From Lama guanicoe (taxonomy: Eukaryota), in NCBI GenBank assembly GCA_013239625.1, contig MU054400.1, forward strand, positions 4,527,802 through 4,591,801: DNA of 64,000 nt, read 5' to 3'. Below the pieces are notes generated by a model. That model searched no databases, had not been told where the DNA came from, and saw nothing but the letters and a program-made list of their open reading frames with translations. Below are positions 62,336 to 64,000 of the stretch, piece by piece; the stretch's first letter is position 1; every line of letters starts with the position of its first letter. A program made the translations under genes and the position numbers.

Positions 62336-64000
62336 CCTAACCTGATTTACTTTCGTTGTGTTAAAATCCCCCTAGAACCTGTAAACATGGCTCACGGAGT
62401 CAAACGGATGATGATAAGAAAAAGAGGACAACAGGAAAATGGAGAACAAAGAGGAGGTAGAAAAGGTGGAGGAGAAAGAGAAAAAGAAAGCAAAGGAGGA
62501 GAGACTTCCTATAGCAAGCTGATGGCCCACAACCTTGCATCTCAGGACTTGTGCCTCATCATGAACCAGCATGACACATACTCTGGACAAGGGGTTGCTA
62601 TTACCGCAGTATCTCAAGAAGCAAAAGAAGCCAGGCTAAAAGTCTTTGAATTAACAACCTGCAAACACAGCACCGCACAAACACAGGACACAAACGTACT
62701 GTTTTCACAACTAATCCATGTGATAATTAAAGCAATCACATCTTTGATACCTATCTGTGTAAACTACGGCGAGCAATTTTGCCTGAGCATGAATAACCTC
62801 ATCGCTACAAAAGAGCACTCGATTCAATGAGAGTTACCCGGTTCTGAAAAGAGTTCTGTATTCTGTGAATTACCATGAAAAATAAATATTTCCTTTTTTC
62901 AGCTCTTTTGAAAAAAATTTCACAGTTAAAAACCCTTTCCCTCTTGATCTATTTTGATACACATATTTATATCATATGCATTTATAGTTCTTATGTTATT
63001 TTAATTCAAATATGCCCCCAAAGCCTATTTCTTTGGCACATTTCTAATCTCCAAAAGCCCCTGCCTTGTAGACACAAGACAGATTTCTTTCAAAATAGCA
63101 TCAGCGTTGTTTGAAATTTACAAAAGTAAACAGTTGAATGAACAAATGCTAAAGTCTTTATTTGATTCTAACGTCTTTCTATGATGTCTGTATGAAACTT
63201 TCTAAATGACCTGTGCCAAAGGTTACTGACCCTACAGGTAGGCTTAATCCTGTCCTTAAGAGCAGCTGTCATTACAGGAAGCAGGGGTTCTGGGCTCCCA
63301 GGCAGTGCTGGGCCCCCATGAAGCACTTGCTAATTAGGTGCTGACAGAGATGCCTCCTCACCCTCTCTCTGGCTCAGCCACTCAACAAGGAAGTGGTTAT
63401 AGCAGGTTTCCTGACTCAGCTATGACTTGGCTGAGGAATTCTCATCACTAAAGGGGCTTTAGCTGGAAGTTTTTACGTAAAATCATACTAAGAATTCATC
63501 CAAAGAACCATTGTTCATGATTTTTTTTTCCTTGCTATCAACAAAGATTGGCAGTCAAAATTTAGGAGATTGAATTTAGTGCTTGACCTTGGATTTTTCT
63601 GGATACTCTTGTACACAAAGAAAAGAAAATCATTTCTAAGGTGCTTTCAAAACATAACTGGCAGCACCAAATTACATTTAATTACCCAAAGAAGTAATCA
63701 GCATACCAAGAACAAAAACCCAAATGATTTCAAGTCTATGGATCTACAGTAGCCTAGAATGTGGCCACTGAAATAAACAAGTAGCTTTACCAAGGGTGCC
63801 CAGGTTTTTGGTTAAAAATGGGAGTGACTTGTCTGCTCTTGGAAACAAACCAAACATTAAAGATGTATTTAATGCATCTTTAAAACTAGAACTGCATCAT
63901 AATTTTGAAACATATTCAAGGAAGAAGGTCTGCAAAAAGCATCAAAAACTCAATCGGTCAAGGCAAGGGAGGTGTGGTGGGGGCTGCTATGTCCTCACAG

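Noticed and set aside
62387..62830. 147-aa + strand ORF
   Set aside because: N-terminal half derives from a GA-rich low-complexity tract; no recognisable homology or exon context

Overview
Mammalian nuclear DNA, very likely from a camelid (alpaca/llama/camel): six copies of a tRNA-derived SINE match the camelid Vic-1 type, alongside artiodactyl-type L1 3' ends. I recognise no protein-coding gene. The long ORFs in the track are explained by L1 ORF2 remnants, LTR/MIR sequence or microsatellite. Much of the window is interspersed repeat (MIR, L2, L1, MaLR/ERVL, ERV1 LTRs, hAT and Tigger DNA transposons), with a few repeat-poor islands that may be regulatory (about 5.0-8.3, 14.2-15.8, 24.7-27.8, 54.2-55.9 and 62.4-64 kb). 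Most notable structures: (i) a ~790-bp orphan polyadenylated retrocopy with its own AATAAA, poly(A) and 16/17-bp TSD inside an MLT1 internal region (46428-47221); (ii) a nest of about 10 LTR elements in 32.1-39.9 kb, stacked up to three deep, most with readable TSDs; (iii) an MLT2/ERVL-MLT1 chimeric provirus; (iv) a three-part 5'-inverted L1; (v) mosaic ERV1 LTR relatives. L1 orientation bias and several minus-strand splice-site pairs hint at a minus-strand transcription unit, but this is speculative. I found no convincing evidence of a new multi-gene system. Repeat family names come from my recall of consensus sequences and need confirming with RepeatMasker/Dfam.
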